DNA of 64,000 nucleotides. Origin: Antedon mediterranea. Its lineage: Eukaryota > Animalia > Echinodermata. The translations under genes were made by a program, and so were the position numbers. This document shows positions 62,090 to 64,000 of this stretch, piece by piece. Position 1 is the stretch's first letter; the number at the start of each line of letters is the position of its first letter. Under the pieces are notes generated by a model, which saw nothing but the letters and a program-made list of their open reading frames with translations, did no database searches and was not told the origin of the DNA. Location of the stretch: assembly GCF_964355755.1 (NCBI RefSeq), contig NC_092672.1:248001-312000 (forward strand), given 5' to 3'.

Positions 62090-62255
62090 TTAGTTGGGAA
62101 AGCCACTCGACAGTGCAGTTCTTTTGAACTGATCCACTTTTGGTTACCCGCAGGTGCTGATAGTACTTTTGTTCTGTTTTGTTGAATGATGCCGTACCTT
62201 GTTTATGATTTTTGTATGTTACCTGGAAATTGAATAAAATAAAATAAAAATAAAA
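62090..62255 (+). mobile_element. Probable LINE 3' UTR remnant with (AAATA)n tail
   Basis: GC-richer stem segment, then a T-rich tract and aataaaataaaataaaaataaaa. Confidence 0.35.
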
Positions 62256-62324
62256 TTTATACTAGATATTATAAAATACTATAATGCTTGAAAATATCAA
62301 TATTTCTTGGCACTCTGTCATAGA

Positions 62325-62905
62325 ACAGTAGTTTTCTACTGAAAGGCTTCCCAGTATAACAGTAGTTTTCTACTGAAAGGCTTCCCAGTATAACACTAAC
62401 AGTAGTTTTCTACTGAAAGGCTTCCCAGTATAACAGTAGTTTTCTACTGAAAGGCTTCCCAGTATAACAGTAGTTTTCTACTGAAAGGCTTCCCAGTATA
62501 ACAGTAGTTTTCTACTGAAAGGCTTCCCAGTATAACAGTAGTTTTCTACTGAAAGGCTTCCCAGTATAACAGTAGTTTTCTACTGAAAGGCTTCCCAGTA
62601 TAACAGTAGTTTTCTACTGAAAGGCTTCCCAGTATAACAGTAGTTTTCTACTGAAAGGCTTCCCAGTATAACAGTAGTTTTCTACTGAAAGGCTTCCCAG
62701 TATAACAGTAGTTTTCTACTGAAAGGCTTCCCAGTATAACAGTAGTTTTCTACTGAAAGGCTTCCCAGTATAACAGTAGTTTTCTACTGAAAGGCTTCCC
62801 AGTATAACAGTAGTTTTCTACTGAAAGGCTTCCCAGTATAACAGTAGTTTTCTACTGAAAGGCTTCCCAGTATAACAGTTTTCTACTGAAAGGCTTCCCA
62901 GTATA
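62325..62905. repeat. 34-bp minisatellite (aacagtagttttctactgaaaggcttcccagtat) ~17 copies
   Basis: Near-identical copies; each contains the small hairpin cagtag-tttt-ctactg. Confidence 0.95.
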
Positions 62906-64000
62906 AAGAATTTAAATAGTAAAATAAAATGTGCATTTTTATTAAATTTATGCTGATTAGTTTCTTTTTTTTTTAAATAGGAAAGGTTTTCAAAAATCAT
63001 TATGATATTAATTTTTGCTCTGCATTTTGCATTAATGTCTAAATTATTGATTTACTCAAATTACCATTTTTACCAGAGGATTAAAAGAAGACTTTTAAAC
63101 TATGCATATATTCTTTGCTTCCTATTCTGGTTCATACTCTTACTATGACTTCAGCTTGAATGTAATATCCACAATTCCTTCAAGCTAAATTTCAAATTAC
63201 AGTACAGTAACGATAGAATCATTAATTACTATATGCATTTAGGGCCTTCTTTGTAATTTTTTTTGTTGCAATCACTTCTGAAAATGATAGATAGTAGCAT
63301 AGTCAATATTAATATGTATATGCACTTAGACATTTCTGAAAATACTGTGAATAATTTAAAAATCAGTCTCTCTTAAATTTTCTCCTGATAATATAATTAT
63401 CGCTGGTTTCATTGAAAATAACAGTCTATTTTGTGCCTAGCTTGCCTGGATAAACTGACAATAGCCCTTTCTCCTCGAAGAGCGAGATATACCAAAATAA
63501 CAATTTAGCATATATACAGTGCAATCAATACCTTACAGTAAATGCTCAAATACAATAATACAATTTTGCATGTCGCAATGTTGAATTATAATTTCTGAAC
63601 ACCTTACACACATAGCATACAATTAGGCATGCATACTAGTTAGAAACATTTTGTAAATTGCATGATATTTATAATTTTTGTTTATTATAATCAATATTGT
63701 ATACTGTTCATTCATACATAATATTTACAAATGGATGACAGCACTGATCATAATTCAAATCTTAAATTTCCTTTTTCAAGGTACTAATTTGACACTTGAA
63801 AAAATTTGCAGTCAAAATATGATTACATTCACCATGGCAACGCATCACTTAAACTGCTATTATTATGCATTTCTATAGTGTAGTAAAGAGCTTGTTGTTT
63901 GTGAATAAAACTCTACTGCTGTTTGTCAGTGCATCAATGAGTGTCTCCTGGCATTTCCTATAAGGTTGTCAATTTATAAAGCTTTAATGCAAAAACAGAA

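Noticed and set aside
63678-63878. Possible Eph exon after the acceptor-like tttttcaag at 63780
   Set aside because: Translation has no Eph EGF or FN3 similarity.

Overview
AT-rich eukaryotic (metazoan) genomic DNA with spliceosomal GT-AG introns. The gene and repeat content looks like a marine invertebrate, possibly an echinoderm, but that is inference. Genes, in order: the 3' part of an ankyrin-repeat gene (+); a synaptobrevin/VAMP gene (+) whose 7.8-kb first intron appears to hold an internally deleted Academ-like DNA transposon, which has its own 7-exon gene and a MITE in its intron; a frameshifted proteinase-K-like S8 protease pseudogene (-); a FAAP20-like UBZ zinc-finger gene (+); an intronless class A peptide-type GPCR (-); and the first three exons of an Eph receptor (+), whose intron 3 appears to run to the end of the window. 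The rest is MITEs, truncated LINEs, a hAT remnant and many minisatellites. Main observations: (i) three-level nesting at VAMP; (ii) repeated tandem amplification of exon ends and stop codons in four genes; (iii) a pervasive TA-(GGCC/GCC/CAG/CTG)-TA micro-insertion signature, visible directly as insertions in single repeat copies; (iv) CAGGG-terminated elements with 5-bp ATNAT target duplications; (v) a satellite built from a 38-bp hairpin. No rRNA, tRNA or CRISPR features were seen. All coordinates were read by eye and may be off by a few bases.
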